Below the pieces are notes generated by a model that saw only the letters and a list, made by a program, of their open reading frames with translations, did not search any database and was not told the origin of the DNA. A stretch of 63,576 bases of DNA, the filler included, from Octopus bimaculoides (taxonomy: Eukaryota): assembly GCF_001194135.2 (NCBI RefSeq). It is 9 parts of 7 records of this genome, joined end to end, with 100 filler letters (N's around TTAATTAATTAA, not from the genome) between each part and the next. Parts side by side here need not be neighbours in the genome. Positions count along the whole stretch, not along the records: positions 34,409 to 46,854 come from NC_068985.1; positions 46,955 to 59,125 come from NC_068985.1; 7 more parts are not named here. One strand, 5' to 3'. Both the position numbers and the translations under genes were made by a program. This document shows, piece after piece, positions 36,300 through 48,754 of the stretch; position 1 is the first letter of the stretch, and each line of letters begins with the position of its first letter.

Positions 36300-37030
36300 A
36301 ACTTTATATTTCTTACTGGTTTCAGTCACTAGACTACTGCCATGCTGGAGCACCGCCTTAGAAGGGTTTTAGTCGAACAAATCGACCCTATGCTTATATA
36401 TATATATACTTTTTATTAAAGCTGCAAATTTATCACACAACTGTTACTCTGTTTCACGTTCTCGTTCGTCGGACAGTTGTGATAAACACTGAATTTTACT
36501 CTATGTATGTATGTATGTATGTATATATAGTCTGGTACTTATTCCAGCGGTCTGTTTTACCAAACTGCTTAGTTACGGTGGACGTGAACAAACCAGCATC
36601 GGTTGTCAAGTGGTGCTGGGTGTCAGGGACATCAACACACACACACACATACATACATACATACATACATACATACATACATGCGTACGTATATTGCTAA
36701 CAGCATAAGGATTTTATAAACCTTCGAGCGAACGTGAAATACTTTTTTTTTTTTGCAATAATTATATTTCGAAGCATATTTACATTATTGTTTATACTAC
36801 TCAAAAAAGGATTATATTTATATGTACACATGCACGCGCAGTATGTGTGTGTGTGTGTCTTTAATATATATGACGAGTTTTTTTTCAGTTTTCGTCCACC
36901 AAATCCACTCACAAGGCTTTGGTTGGCACGAGGCAATAGTAGAAAGCACTTTACCGAAGGTGTCACGCAGTGGAACTGAACCTGGAATCATGTGGTTGGG
37001 AAACAAGCTTCTTCCCACGCACCCATGTCT
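36300..37030 (-). mobile_element. Fragments of SINE family A (36300-36400, 36520-36630, 36860-37030)
   Basis: Reverse complements of the family A tail, body and head are interleaved with (ATGT)n tracts. Confidence 0.75.
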
Positions 37031-37531
37031 GCACCTATGTAATAGGATTTTTTAAACATCGAATGGTTACGGGGTCCATCCGATTAAAATAGGAAACAGA
37101 GGGGGTCTATATGTAAAAAACAAAAACGATTGAGAAATATTGCACTAAACCATTCACTAGAATGAAGGAAATACATTCACAGTCTTTCTGATTTGGCGAA
37201 CACCATTTGTTTTCTAACGAAACACTTTCAAACATGGGATACTGATAGAATGTGTCATATAAAACATCTTTTTCTCTTAGCCTTGTTAAGAAAAGTTTGT
37301 ATATTTGAAGTTATTTCATGTTAAAAGTTGTCATATTTCCGTAATTTCAACCAATCACTGACGTCTATTGAGGTGAAAACAATTACTGCTGTGGTTTGTC
37401 AACAACACGTTGTGGCGGTGTAATTGGATCTTTTCCCTTGAATAAAATTACTGCCGTTGTTTGTCAACAACAACTATCGGCGGTACTGTTATTTATGACA
37501 TCGTTCGTGCGTTTGTACTGGTTTTAGCTTC

Positions 37532-37763
37532 AGGGTTTTAGGGTTAGGGTTTTAGGGTTAGGGTTTTAGGATTAGGATTAGGGTTAGCATTAGGGTTACG
37601 AGTATTTTTGCCAAATTTGGTGAAAATCTGTTCAATACACCGCCACAGATTTTTCACCATATTTGGCAAAAATACTCATAACCCTAACCCTAAAACCCTA
37701 ACCCTAAAACCCTAACCCTAAAACCCTAACTCTAAAACCCGAACCCTAACCCTAAAACCCTAA
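37532..37763. repeat. Fold-back with telomere-like arrays: (TTAGGG/TTTTAGGG)n, 32-bp arm, 13-nt spacer, arm', (CCCTAA/CCCTAAAA)n
   Basis: Arms 37600-37631 and 37645-37677 are reverse complements (1 mismatch, 1 indel). The G-rich array is on the left and the C-rich array on the right. Confidence 0.9.
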
Positions 37764-38958
37764 AGAATATAAAGACGGACGAAATGCTGCTAGGCATTTT
37801 ACCCGATTCTGCCAGCTCACCGCTTTGTCTAACACAGCTATTGTTATGTAAGGCTCTCAGAAAAAACTTTAAAGGGATTTATTATGGTAAATCCCATAGG
37901 TTTCAAAGAAGGGGATTCGCCTCGTATAGTTTCATAGAAAGTTCTGTGCTTGTTTATACACGGAACCTTGTGGTTAGGAAACAAGCTTCTTATCGCACAA
38001 CCACGCCTATAATAACTCAAATTTAATAAGTTGGACAACACTAAAATGACGGATAATAAAGAGCGATCTTAAAATGCAAATTGCTACTTAATACCATTAT
38101 TCTTGTTATTGCTATTTTTGCCAGTATTGTACTGTTCTTAACAAGATCTGGTTTCTTACTAAATCACCATTTTATTTACTACTGAAACATACTCACTTAT
38201 ACTTAACCATTCGTTTAATTTGTTCATTGCAGTATTTCCCACTATCTTATGTTACTAATTGACGTTGCTCTCTGCATAAAATCATAGCAATTAAGTTTAG
38301 TCTGTATGTCTTCTCTTCCCGATTAAAGTTTTAATGTTTATTTTGACAGGCCAGTTGCTTGGTGGCCAGACTGAAAAATAATGATATTGACGTAGTTTGT
38401 TCTTTTCGTCATCCTCTGTACAATTATTATTTTATCAAATTTTCAGAAGGCCTTAAAGGTTTTTATTGCCCAGATAGCGTGATCACATGCAGCGTATGAG
38501 TAATGAAAATAAGGCGATCACCTGTTTCATATGAATTATAGATTAAAGAAGTGAAAGCGCGTGGCTTAGTGGTTAGNNNNNNNNNNNNNNNNNNNNNNNN
38601 NNNNNNNNNNNNNNNNNNNNNNNNNNNNNNNNNNNNNNNNNNNNNNNNNNNNNNNNNNNNNNNNNNNNNNNNNNNNNNNNNNNNNNNNNNNNNNNNNNNN
38701 NNNNNNNNNNNNNNNNNNNNNNNNNNNNNNNNNNNNNNNNNNNNNNNNNNNNNNNNNNNNNNNNNNNNNNNNNNNNNNNNNNNNNNNNNNNNNNNNNNNN
38801 NNNTCATATCCTGGATATTCCACAAGGTCAAAGGGTGGGAAAGTCAAGAGGATGTATATGTCTGCTCATGACTACGTAGAAATCTAAAACACTTAGAGAA
38901 AGCGTGGAACATATTCCAAAGTCATATTCCTTTGTGAACGACAACTGGTTCTTTATTG

Positions 38959-39280
38959 AAGGCGCATGACTCAATGGTTAGAGCATCGGGCTCACAATCA
39001 TGAGGTAATGAGTTCGATTCCCGGACCGGGCTGCGTGTTGTGTTCTTGAGCAAGACACTTTATTTCACGTTGCTCCAGTTCACTCAACTGTAGAAATGAG
39101 TTGTGACATCACTGAGATCAAGCTGTATCGGCCTTTGCCTTTCCCTTGGCGTAGAGAGGGGAGGCTGGCATGCATGGGCAGCTGCCGGTCTTCCAGAAAC
39201 ACCCTTGACAGGACTTGTGCGTCGGAGGGGAACTTTCTAGGTGCAGTCTCATGGTCATTCATAACTGAAGGGGGTTTTAC
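38959..39280 (+). mobile_element. tRNA-derived SINE family C
   Basis: GAAGGCGCATGACTCAATGGTTAGAGC (A box), GAGTTCGATTCC (B box), then TTGAGCAAGACACTTTATTTCACGTTGCTCCAG. Confidence 0.85.
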
Positions 39281-39439
39281 CCTTTATCCTCCTCCTCCTC
39301 GAATCGAAGTTCAACAATATGTGCTGATGCACACCCTCTCACATCCATGCAGGCTGGTTGGTACATATTTTGTTATTCCAATAATAATGAATATATAACC
39401 TGGATGTAAAGCTGAAAGTGTGGTTTAGATATCAGGTGT

Positions 39440-39780
39440 TATCATTTACTTGTCTCAGTTATTAGACCGCGGCCATGCTGGGGCACCGCCTTGAAGAATT
39501 TTTAGTGAGCAAATCGACCCAGTACTCTTTTGCCAAACTGCTAAGTTGCGAGGACGTAAACAAACCGACACAGGTTATCAAGCGATGGTGGAGGACAAAC
39601 ACAAACACATACACACATTATATATACGACGAGCTTCTCTCAGTTTCCATCTATCAAATCCACTCACAAGGCTCTGGTCGGCTCGAGTCTATAGCAGAAG
39701 ACACTTATCCAAGGTTCTACTATGTGGGACTAGACCTGGAAACATGTGGTTGGAAAGCGAACCTCTTATCACACAGCCAT
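39440..39780 (-). mobile_element. SINE family A
   Basis: Reverse complement of head, body and tail, e.g. GCGGCCATGCTGGGGCACCGCC ... CATGTGGTTGGAAAGCGAACCTCTTATCACACAGCC. Confidence 0.85.
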
Positions 39781-40164
39781 ATTTTTTTTTATGAAGAATC
39801 TATAGATATTTTTACCTCCTGTAATTTCTGACCACAGTGGTGATGTATGGTCAGCTAATTTTCACAATAGAATGTGTTTTTATTTTGTGGTCTGAACAAA
39901 GATGGGTGACTACGTATAAACTATCCCTTGGCTAGTTTACATTCGGTGGAAAATTCAGCGGGAATGCTCCACCAATATTCTTAAGCCTAGTAATATATAA
40001 TTTTTTTTCAAAAGGTCTCTCAGCAAGCATAAAAATTTATCTACGTTACTTTGTTGTATATCGGGTGAGTCATTGCACGAGTTCACATCAATCATCTTGC
40101 AAACCAAATATAAAAGTGAAATATCTATATTACGTTTGCTGCTCGGCAAAAACATTCATATATT

Positions 40165-40530
40165 GAATAATCTTTTCTACTCTAGGCACAAGGCCCGCCA
40201 TTTTGGGGGAGGGGGCCAGTCGATTAGATCGACACCAGTACGCTACTGGTACTTAATTTATCGACCTCGAAAGGGTGAAAGGCAAAGTCGACCTCGAAAG
40301 GATGAAAAGCAAAGTCGACCTCGGCGGAATTTGAATTCAGAACGTAAAGACAGACGAAATATATTTTCTACTCTAGGCATAAGGCCCGAAATATTTGTGG
40401 AGGGGGTGGGCAGTCGATTAGATCGATTACAGTATGTAACTGGTACTTAATTTATCGACCCCGAAAGGATGACAGGCAAAGTCGACCTCGGCCGAATTTG
40501 AACTCAGAACGTAAAGACAGACGAAATGTA
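40165..40530 (-). mobile_element. SINE family B with internal and tandem duplications
   Basis: TTTTCTACTCTAGGCA.AAGGCCCG occurs twice (40175, 40365). GAAAGG.TGAAA.GCAAAGTCGACCTCG is itself doubled at 40268-40325. Confidence 0.85.
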
Positions 40531-40840
40531 TTGAATGATGTAATCGAAACGAAAATGTTAAGTAGTTGTACTGTAATTGCTACCATAGCAACAGATAGGT
40601 TTTCTTGACGTTCACAAACACCCAGAAAGACACTTAGATATCTAAACGGCATGAAAGAAAAAGTACGTGTACCTGCTGACTGTTTCCTGTTCTGTTGTTT
40701 ATGCAGTGGTAATTGCAAGTAGGTAGATTTGACTTTTCACTTCGTTGGCTAATTTTAGGGCTGAAGAAGTAATTTTTTTTTTTGTATTTTTATATTCATA
40801 TTGAATACTACCTTCATATATATACATGTATATACATATA

Positions 40841-40876
<36 letters not shown>

Positions 40877-41214
40877 TATAATATAAATACATACATACAT
40901 ATATGTCTGTGGGTGTCTGTGTGTGTACATATACATATACGTACATATACAAACATAAAAGGCATTTATCTACAATCGTTTTATGTGTCTATTCTTTTAC
41001 TTGTTTTAGTCATTTGACTGCGGCCATGCTGGAGCACGGTGGTATCATATGTGTATTTATGTTATTAATAAATACATATGTGTAATTTTATATACATGCA
41101 TATATATATATATATATATATATATTCTATTTCGACGGACGAAGGGATGAGGGACAGTGTCCATAATCATTGTATGCGCTCCTTTACTGATGAGGTTAAC
41201 TTGAACATCAGTAG

Positions 41215-41247
<33 letters not shown>

Positions 41248-41249
<2 letters not shown>

Positions 41250-41465
41250 GAAGGCGGCGAGCTGGTAGAATCGTTAGCACGCCGGACGAAATACTTAGCG
41301 AGACTTCGTCTCTCTTTGTGTTCCGAGTTCAAGTTCTGTCGAGGTCGACTTTACCATTCATCCTTTCGGGGTCGATGAAATAAGCACCGATTAAGTACTG
41401 GAGTCGATTTAATCGACTAACTCTTCCCTTTGAAACTGCCGGCCCTGTGCCAAAATTAGAAAGAA
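41248..41465 (+). mobile_element. SINE family B between (ATT)n tracts
   Basis: (ATT)n, then AAGGCGGCGAGCTGGTAGAATCGTTAGCACGCCGG...GAGGTCGACTTTACCATTCATCCTTTCGGGGTCGA...GTGCC..ATTAGAAAGAATTATT. Confidence 0.85.
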
Positions 41466-42087
41466 TTATTATTGTTGTTGTTGTCGGAGCATTGTCGCAA
41501 GTTCAGAAGTTCTCCAATGACTCACCCAACAATTATCTCTCCAACTCACTACACCGATTGAATTACTACATTGCTAGAAAAAATTCTGAGGGCTTCAGTA
41601 ATTGTGTAGTACTTGGCAACATCCTGAATCTATCGAAATTAAAGATGATGATCAGTGTGTGAACAGCTCTTACTCCGTAGGATGGTTTACAGGGAATTTT
41701 GATAGGATTTAGTTTATGTTCACTGCTGTTGGACTTATCACCCTTTTCTATGAACTCTCCTTTGCAGTATACAACTTGTCCAGAATTTGTAATTTCCTGA
41801 TTGGAGTACGATAAAGATCTGTTCTTTCAATTGCTATTTTCAACTTATACATACATCTAAAAATATACATACAACCTCTAACACAGATGACATTACACTC
41901 ATATCTTCTCGATATTCTTGAGAAACACTTTAAACGGCAACCCTACATGAATCATTTAGAATTCTTGTTGAGTATAATAGTTGTATTTGCTGTGTTGCTG
42001 GTAAAAAGGTAACAGCGGATTCGATAGGGGCTAATTTGAGTTTGTTGTATAGCTCAGATACAACCATTATAGTCAACAATATAAGCA

Positions 42088-42129
<42 letters not shown>

Positions 42130-42218
42130 CAAACATCTTATGAACGACATACAGCTAACTCTTCTACAACATTTACAGCACGCAGTATTCTTACAGCCAC
42201 CACATTTGGCCTTAGTGT

Positions 42219-42458
42219 GGGTTAGTTCACATTACTCCGTAAGGAGCTTCCCGGTTTCTCTGGTGGCGTATCCACTCCTTCCTGGACGCGAATCCGGTCC
42301 ATCGCAGAATTACTCATTTTTGCCAACTGAGTGGACTGGAGCAACGTGAAATGAAGTGTTTTGTTCATGAACATAACGCATTGCCCGGTCCAGGAACCGA
42401 AACCACAATCTTACGATCGTGAGTACAACACTTTAACCACTAAGCTGTGCGCCTCCAA
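42219..42458 (-). mobile_element. SINE family C with a 13-bp target-site duplication
   Basis: TSD TTGGCCTTAGTGT at 42206-42218 and 42459-42471; tRNA-like head TGGAGGCGCACAGCTTAGTGGTTAAAG on the minus strand. Confidence 0.88.
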
Positions 42459-43497
42459 TTGGCCTTAGTGTATAATATATTTCAGTTATCAAGGATTATG
42501 CTAATCTATCCTTCATATGTTTACACATACACGAAACACCTATAGGCTAACTAGACAACCAAGCAAAATTCTAAAAACGAAAGATCACATGGAAATGCAA
42601 GAAGGGAAGTTTGATATACTTGTTGAACCATGTGATCTATCCTGATGATCACGTAAACCATGGAAGCAGTTGAATAGAATGATTGAACGAGTACATACCG
42701 GTTTTAAACGATGGGAACGAAGGGGAAAGAAAAAGAGAAAGAAGAAAAAGTAAGAAGGTTGTAACAGCTAAGCTTTGACAAATACCCGAAAATAGAGTCT
42801 GTCGAAGTATTTGTGGGAGAACATAAGTAATGCCAAATTGCTTATGATTGCCAGTAATATATCTTCAAATGAGAGGTACATATATTTTTTTAAACTGGTA
42901 GAAAGTGCCGAAAAGGAGCTATGATTGTATATGGTGCAAGTCACTGCGGCTCAAGTAATTTGACTATTTCGAGTAAAATTAGTAAATAGATAAATAAATA
43001 ACTGCCAGAAGTCGGCAATAGTCTAACATATAGTCACAAAGGAAAGTCAACTGGACTAATAGAACAGCTATATTTTGATAAATGTCATAAGACTACAAAC
43101 CCAGAAAACGTCGACAGTCTTAAAGAGAAAGTAAATTGCAATAAATCTTCAGTAAACAATTTCAATGAAAATATTGGTTGTAAATGTCATTGTCGTAAGC
43201 AGTTTACAATTTAACTAACCAACAACTGGAGTGTTGCTAACTTCGTCCATACCGTTGACATTAAGAAGCATTGACATTCTACGAACGATGAATGCTTTTA
43301 AATGGCACTGAAACACCTCTGGCGACAACATGGCAATTGTAAGATATTTCTATAACCTTGGTTTTGAATACGAAAAATATGTTAACCTGTAACAAACCTC
43401 AAACGTAGTCCTTTGTGTATGTGTGTGTGTGTGAAGGAGACAAAGGGACAAAATTAAATTTGGGGCGAGACTGCTAGGATTTTACCTTCTCTCTGAC

Positions 43498-43499
<2 letters not shown>

Positions 43500-43553
<54 letters not shown>

Positions 43554-43633
43554 CATGATTATTATTATTATTATCATGATTAGTATTGTTGTTGTTGTTA
43601 TTATTATCATTATTATTATTATTATTATTATTA

Positions 43634-43664
<31 letters not shown>

Positions 43665-43842
43665 AATCCTTATTATTATTATTATTATTATCATCATTAT
43701 TAGTATTGTTGTTGTTATTATTATTATTATTTTTATTTTTATTATTATCATTATTATTATTATCATTATTAGTATTGTTGTTGTTGTTGTTGTTATTATT
43801 ATCATTATTATTATTATCATTATTAGTATTGTTGTTGTTATT

Positions 43843-43873
<31 letters not shown>

Positions 43874-43906
43874 TCATTATTAGTATTGTTGTTGTTATTA
43901 TTATTA

Positions 43907-43937
<31 letters not shown>

Positions 43938-43974
43938 CATTATTAGTATTGTTGTTGTTGTTATTATTATCATT

Positions 43975-44005
<31 letters not shown>

Positions 44006-44035
44006 TCATTATTAGTATTGTTGTTGTTATTATTA

Positions 44036-44075
<40 letters not shown>

Positions 44076-44098
44076 CATTATTAGTATTGTTGTTGTTA
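43500..44098. repeat. Compound triplet array with a higher-order unit (ATT)n-ATC-ATT-ATT-AGT-ATT-(GTT)n
   Basis: The unit ...ATCATTATTAGTATTGTTGTTGTT recurs about 8 times with variable ATT counts. Confidence 0.9.
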
Positions 44099-44344
44099 NN
44101 NNNNNNNNNNNNNNNNNNNNNNNNNNNNNNNNNNNNNNNNNNNNNNNNNNNNNNNNNNNNNNNNNNNNNNNNNNNNNNNNNNNNNNNNNNNNNNNNNNNN
44201 NNNNNNNNNNNNNNNNNNNNNNNNNNNNNNNNNNNNNNNNNNNNNNNNNNNNNNNNNNNNNNNNNNNNNNNNNNNNNNNNNNNNNNNNNNNNNNNNNNNN
44301 NNNNNNNNNNNNNNNNNNNNNNNNTTATTATTATTATTATTATT

Positions 44345-44790
44345 AAGGTGGCGAGTTGGAAGAATCGTTGGTACCCCGGGCAAAATGCTTCGCAGCATTT
44401 CGTCCGTTTTTACATTCTGGGTTTAAATGCCACCGAGGTCGACTTTGCCTTTTATCCTTTCGGGGTCCATAAATTAAGTACCAGTGAAACACTGGGGGTC
44501 GATGTAATCGACTAGTCCCCTCCCACAACATTTCAGGCCTTGTGCCTTTAGTAGAAAGGATTATTATTATTATTAACGTGGTAAGCTGGTAGAATCGTTA
44601 GTGCGCCGGAGAAAATGCTTAGCGGTATTTCGCCCGTCGCTACGTTCTGAGTTCAAATTCCGCCGAGGTCGACTTTGTCTTTCATCCTTTTGGGGTTGAT
44701 GAAATAAGCACCAGTTGAACACTGGGATCGATGCAATCAACCATTCCCCTCCCCCAAATTCCAGGCCTTGTGCCTATACTAGAACGGATT
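44345..44790 (+). mobile_element. Two SINE family B copies head to tail, separated by (ATT)n
   Basis: Copies at about 44345-44560 and 44592-44790. Each starts after ATTATTATTAA and ends TAGAA.GGATTATTATT. Confidence 0.88.
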
Positions 44791-45244
44791 ATTATTATTA
44801 TTATTTAGCCCTTAAGAACTTTAAAATAACTTTTAAACTTTTGTAAAAGAAAATAAAAAAAATTAAAGTGTAAAAATATTTTTTCCATGTTTGTTTCATT
44901 GAGTTTAGTTAAGATTTGTATAAATACATTTGTTCTGACTCTTATACTGCACACATACAAAACTATGTACAATTTAGAAGGCAGGTTGTGTACAGAAATA
45001 TGAGTCGAACTATTTTTGTTGTTTTTTCAATTAATACCAATAGCAAATTTCTATGTCCAGAGACTTTGAAGAAAAAATGTTCATTTCGCGAACAGATAGG
45101 ACATCACACTGTAAGGAAATCGAATCAAGGGATTTTGAAGGCTGTTTGGGACAATGGAGTACGACACCCTCTCATTCTGAGACACAATCAGTTCAGCTAG
45201 TTTTTACAACGAATTCCTCTAGTTTCAACAACGAATTTATCTGG

Positions 45245-45392
45245 GTTCATCTGGCTTCTACAACGAACAAGTTCATCTGGCCTCTACAACGAACGGATTC
45301 ATCTGGTTTCTACAACAAACGGGTTCATCTGGCTTCTACAACGAACGGATTCATCTGGCTTCTATAACTAACAGGTTCATCTGGCTTCTACA
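45245..45392. repeat. 26-bp minisatellite, about 6 copies
   Basis: Unit GTTCATCTGGCTTCTACAACGAACGG repeated with substitutions and no spacers. Confidence 0.9.
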
Positions 45393-46288
45393 TGCACATC
45401 TAATTCCCATATTCCATAAGTGTAACAGGTTCCTACAAGTGCAGATGGCTTATATACAGCAAGTACGGATGTATTCTATATTTCTAAACTGGTTTAAAGA
45501 CGGATCTGTGTTTAATTACCATGAATTTGAAAACTAATCAATTCCCAATCAACATCAAATTGCAAACAAGATACGAGCGACTAAAAACATTATATAAAAA
45601 CAAACAAAAAGAAAAGGAAAAGATATAGTATAAACACTCCTATCGTTGGATACTTGTATCATATAATCCAAACCGATGATCGCATGAGTCATATTATATT
45701 TAGTGAGGCTAGAAATTCGACGAGGAAAATGAACTAGGAAGTTGAATAGAGTAGTTGAATGAGATCGGACTTATTCAATGGTTTGTTATCGTAGAAAGCT
45801 CCAACCCGTATTATCTCTGGTACGACGTTCACCATTATCCAAGATGGTCTTTTATTTTTAATATTTAAAAAAAATATATATCGTTTACCCGGTGGTGTGG
45901 TTAGTATGGATATGTAGTGCACTGTTATGTGCTCTTCGTAGTTTATTGTGGTTTGTTATGAAGAGATTTGGGGTCCTAGTAAGACTACTACTACTACTAC
46001 TTCTCTTCCTTGCTTCCTTGCTTCCTTCCTTACTTCCTTCCTTCCCCATTCTCCTTCTCCTCCTGTTTGCTACATATTTTATACATCTAATACCCTCATC
46101 TCAGCCTATTTATGGTCTGTTTCCCAAAGTTATCATTACATTACCAAAGAATCATGCCAGCCGCATATTTTATGCATCTTATGTTCTCGTCTCACAACTC
46201 TGTCGCATCATTCTTTTTATGCATAATTTACAGGGAGAAAGAAGAAAAAAAATATCAATTCAACACTCGGTCGCGCATCATAACAAGT

Positions 46289-46854
46289 TCAACAGAACCT
46301 ACTGAAGCAAGCCAACACGCTCACCGCCTTACCACGGGCGATGGCGAGGCTAAGGCGTTGGAACAGCCAAGCACTCTCACGGGCATCACCTGACACCTCT
46401 GTGAGGCAAGCCGCTAATGATGACATGAACTTCGCTATCAGCGGCCCAGCCCCTCCAAACGTCTCAAACGCCACAGGCTGGAAGAAATAATTCTCGGACA
46501 AGTCCAATGCTTAAGGATTTTGTTCCGTTCGTCTACGTAAGCAATGATCCTCCCATTTACCGCAGTATCCAGGATGTGGGGGAGAGTAAAGGAGTCACTG
46601 ACTATGGCGTCGCAGATCAGGCATCTAATTCTTACCCAGGGATAAAGGGTAAGACCATCTGGTCTCTTCCCATCATTTCTGGATAATCCTGCTGGCTTCA
46701 GAATAGAAAGGATATTAACCCGAGCCAGGGCCCGCTGAATGGTTAGGTTTAGCTCGGTGTGATGAGCGAAGCGACCAGCAGTTTAGGCCACAAGACAAAC
46801 CATGAAGGCCTGTGAAGTCGAGGGGCTTATCACAGCGACATCTCAATATTCCAT
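46289..46854 (-). mobile_element. CRE-clade non-LTR retrotransposon 3' fragment (restriction-like endonuclease)
   Basis: The minus strand encodes GLHGLSC..AGRFAHHTELN.TIQRALARV..S..KPAGLSRNDGKRPDGLTLYPW and FFQPVAFETFGG...RESAWLFQRLSLAIARGKA, typical of CRE-type RLE C-termini. Confidence 0.8.
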
Positions 46855-46954
46855 NNNNNNNNNNNNNNNNNNNNNNNNNNNNNNNNNNNNNNNNNNNNTT
46901 AATTAATTAANNNNNNNNNNNNNNNNNNNNNNNNNNNNNNNNNNNNNNNNNNNN
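46855..46954. other. Artificial scaffold-joining linker
   Basis: N44-TTAATTAATTAA(46899-46910)-N44. Confidence 0.97.
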
Positions 46955-47239
46955 TCTAATAAAGAAGTAAAGTTCTGTCGCTGGAATTTGCATAACAGTG
47001 GTAAATGTTAGATGTTTTGAACTTTAGAAAAGTCTTACGTAGTTTCGCTGTCCCCTTTACAGAATGTATTTGTAAAGTGTGTGTATCAGACAGACTCCGG
47101 CTTCGCCTGAGCAACCCTCGCTTTTCTTGATTGTCACTTATGACATTTATTAACATAACCGTGTGCACTAATGGTACAAACGTGTATGTATGTATGTATG
47201 TATGTATGTATGTATGTATGTATGTATAACTACGTTCAT

Positions 47240-47270
<31 letters not shown>

Positions 47271-48703
47271 CACACATACACCTTTGTGCATGTGTGTGTA
47301 TGTTTATATTACTCTGTGTATAGAATCATCTTATCTTTGCTGCCAGAATAAACTAATGTTCAAAGGCAATCCACCCGTGACCATTTTGTTTTATCAAATC
47401 TTGCAATAGCTCTAAAAACAAACGGCACGGTATTGTGGAGATGGTGGTTGATGTATGTGGTGTTTGTAGTGGTTGTTGCTGTTATTGTGCGAGGTGCCAG
47501 TGGCTGTGGCGATCTCAGAGTGGTGGTTGTTGTTGTTGTTGTTGTTGTTGGTAGTGGTAGCGATGGTGGCGGACTCTCCCTAAATGAAAAAAAAAAAAAT
47601 GAAAAAGACACTTGTTTTTGTCCTGGAAAGAATATACGGAAGCAGTTATAATATTACATTCTAAACTGTTTGAAAATATTTTAAAAATTACTTGGTTAAG
47701 CTGAAAAAAGGATTTTCTCAGTCACAATGGGAGGCAATTATACGGTCAGCTGGCGTCACATTGGTCACTATTAAGATATCTGATTTATATCGGTCTTCAA
47801 GAATCAATAAATGGTTCTCCCTTGTATAACTTAGGGATATGGACACTTCCTATAAAATGTAAAGCCTATTACACTGTTACACTTCACTTTTACGTAGGAT
47901 ACAAAATATTGCGTGGAACACAAATTGAACATCAAAATAAATTTATAGGACTTTAACATTCACGTAACAGGACTCATATCACTGGCCACTAAAGTAAAAG
48001 GTGAGTTAGTATCCTTAGAAGATCTCGGTCTCCTGGTGGCAGAACTTGTAAAGTCTTCTGATGACATTGTCAAGAGATTTGAGTTCGTTAGTTCTGAGAG
48101 GTGGGGGCGTTGTAAGGTCTGTTTAGAGGGGGGGTCACCAAATAATGATGACGATGATAATGATGATGGTGATGATGGTGATGATGCTGGTGATGATGAT
48201 GTTGGTGATGATGATTGTGGTGGTGATGTGATACTGCTTTTTAGCTCCAGGTCAGCCTTGATTGTGCAGTTATACAGTCAAAGGCAATCCAGTCGTGACC
48301 ATCTCAACTACACATTATCCAATAGGTCCTTATTCTAAGAAGTTAAGGTTCATGATTTGAGGGAGAGTTGACTGCTTTTTCTAAAGCTAGGATGACCATG
48401 TAGAGCTGGGGCTTCCAGCCTGGATACCCATACTCTTTATTAAAATCGCTTTTCATAATGAAGTTAATAAAGTTATAAAGTATAGTAGAACCTGCACGTG
48501 TATATTTCTGGGTAAAATGACCTATCCAAGATAAAACATCTGTTTCAACACATGATTTTCACATAAAAAATCTTCAAAACCAAATACAAAGAAATATTGG
48601 TTTCAAATTCTGGTACAAAGGAATATTAACTCGCGAAACCAATTTTGTTTTTTAAAGTTCTTCGAAAACTTTGTCATTTCAATATTCTGCATGTATGTCT
48701 ATA

Positions 48704-48754
<51 letters not shown>

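Noticed and set aside
37532-37763. True telomere or proven chromosome-fusion site
   Set aside because: The arrays are short and degenerate, internal to a scaffold and attached to a repeat-like segment; kept only as a structural curiosity.
41185-41213. CTGATGA inside an 8-bp hairpin TACTGATG/CATCAGTA
   Set aside because: No stem II-GAAA-stem III follows, and the core is itself base-paired. CTGATGA hits at about 42583 and 50669 also lack the fold.
43482-44515. Long poly-Ile/Leu/Val ORFs
   Set aside because: These are translations of the compound triplet array; no codon diversity, and some run into gaps.
45245-45392. Possible CRISPR array
   Set aside because: The units are directly adjacent with no unique spacers, no cas genes are present, and the context is eukaryotic.
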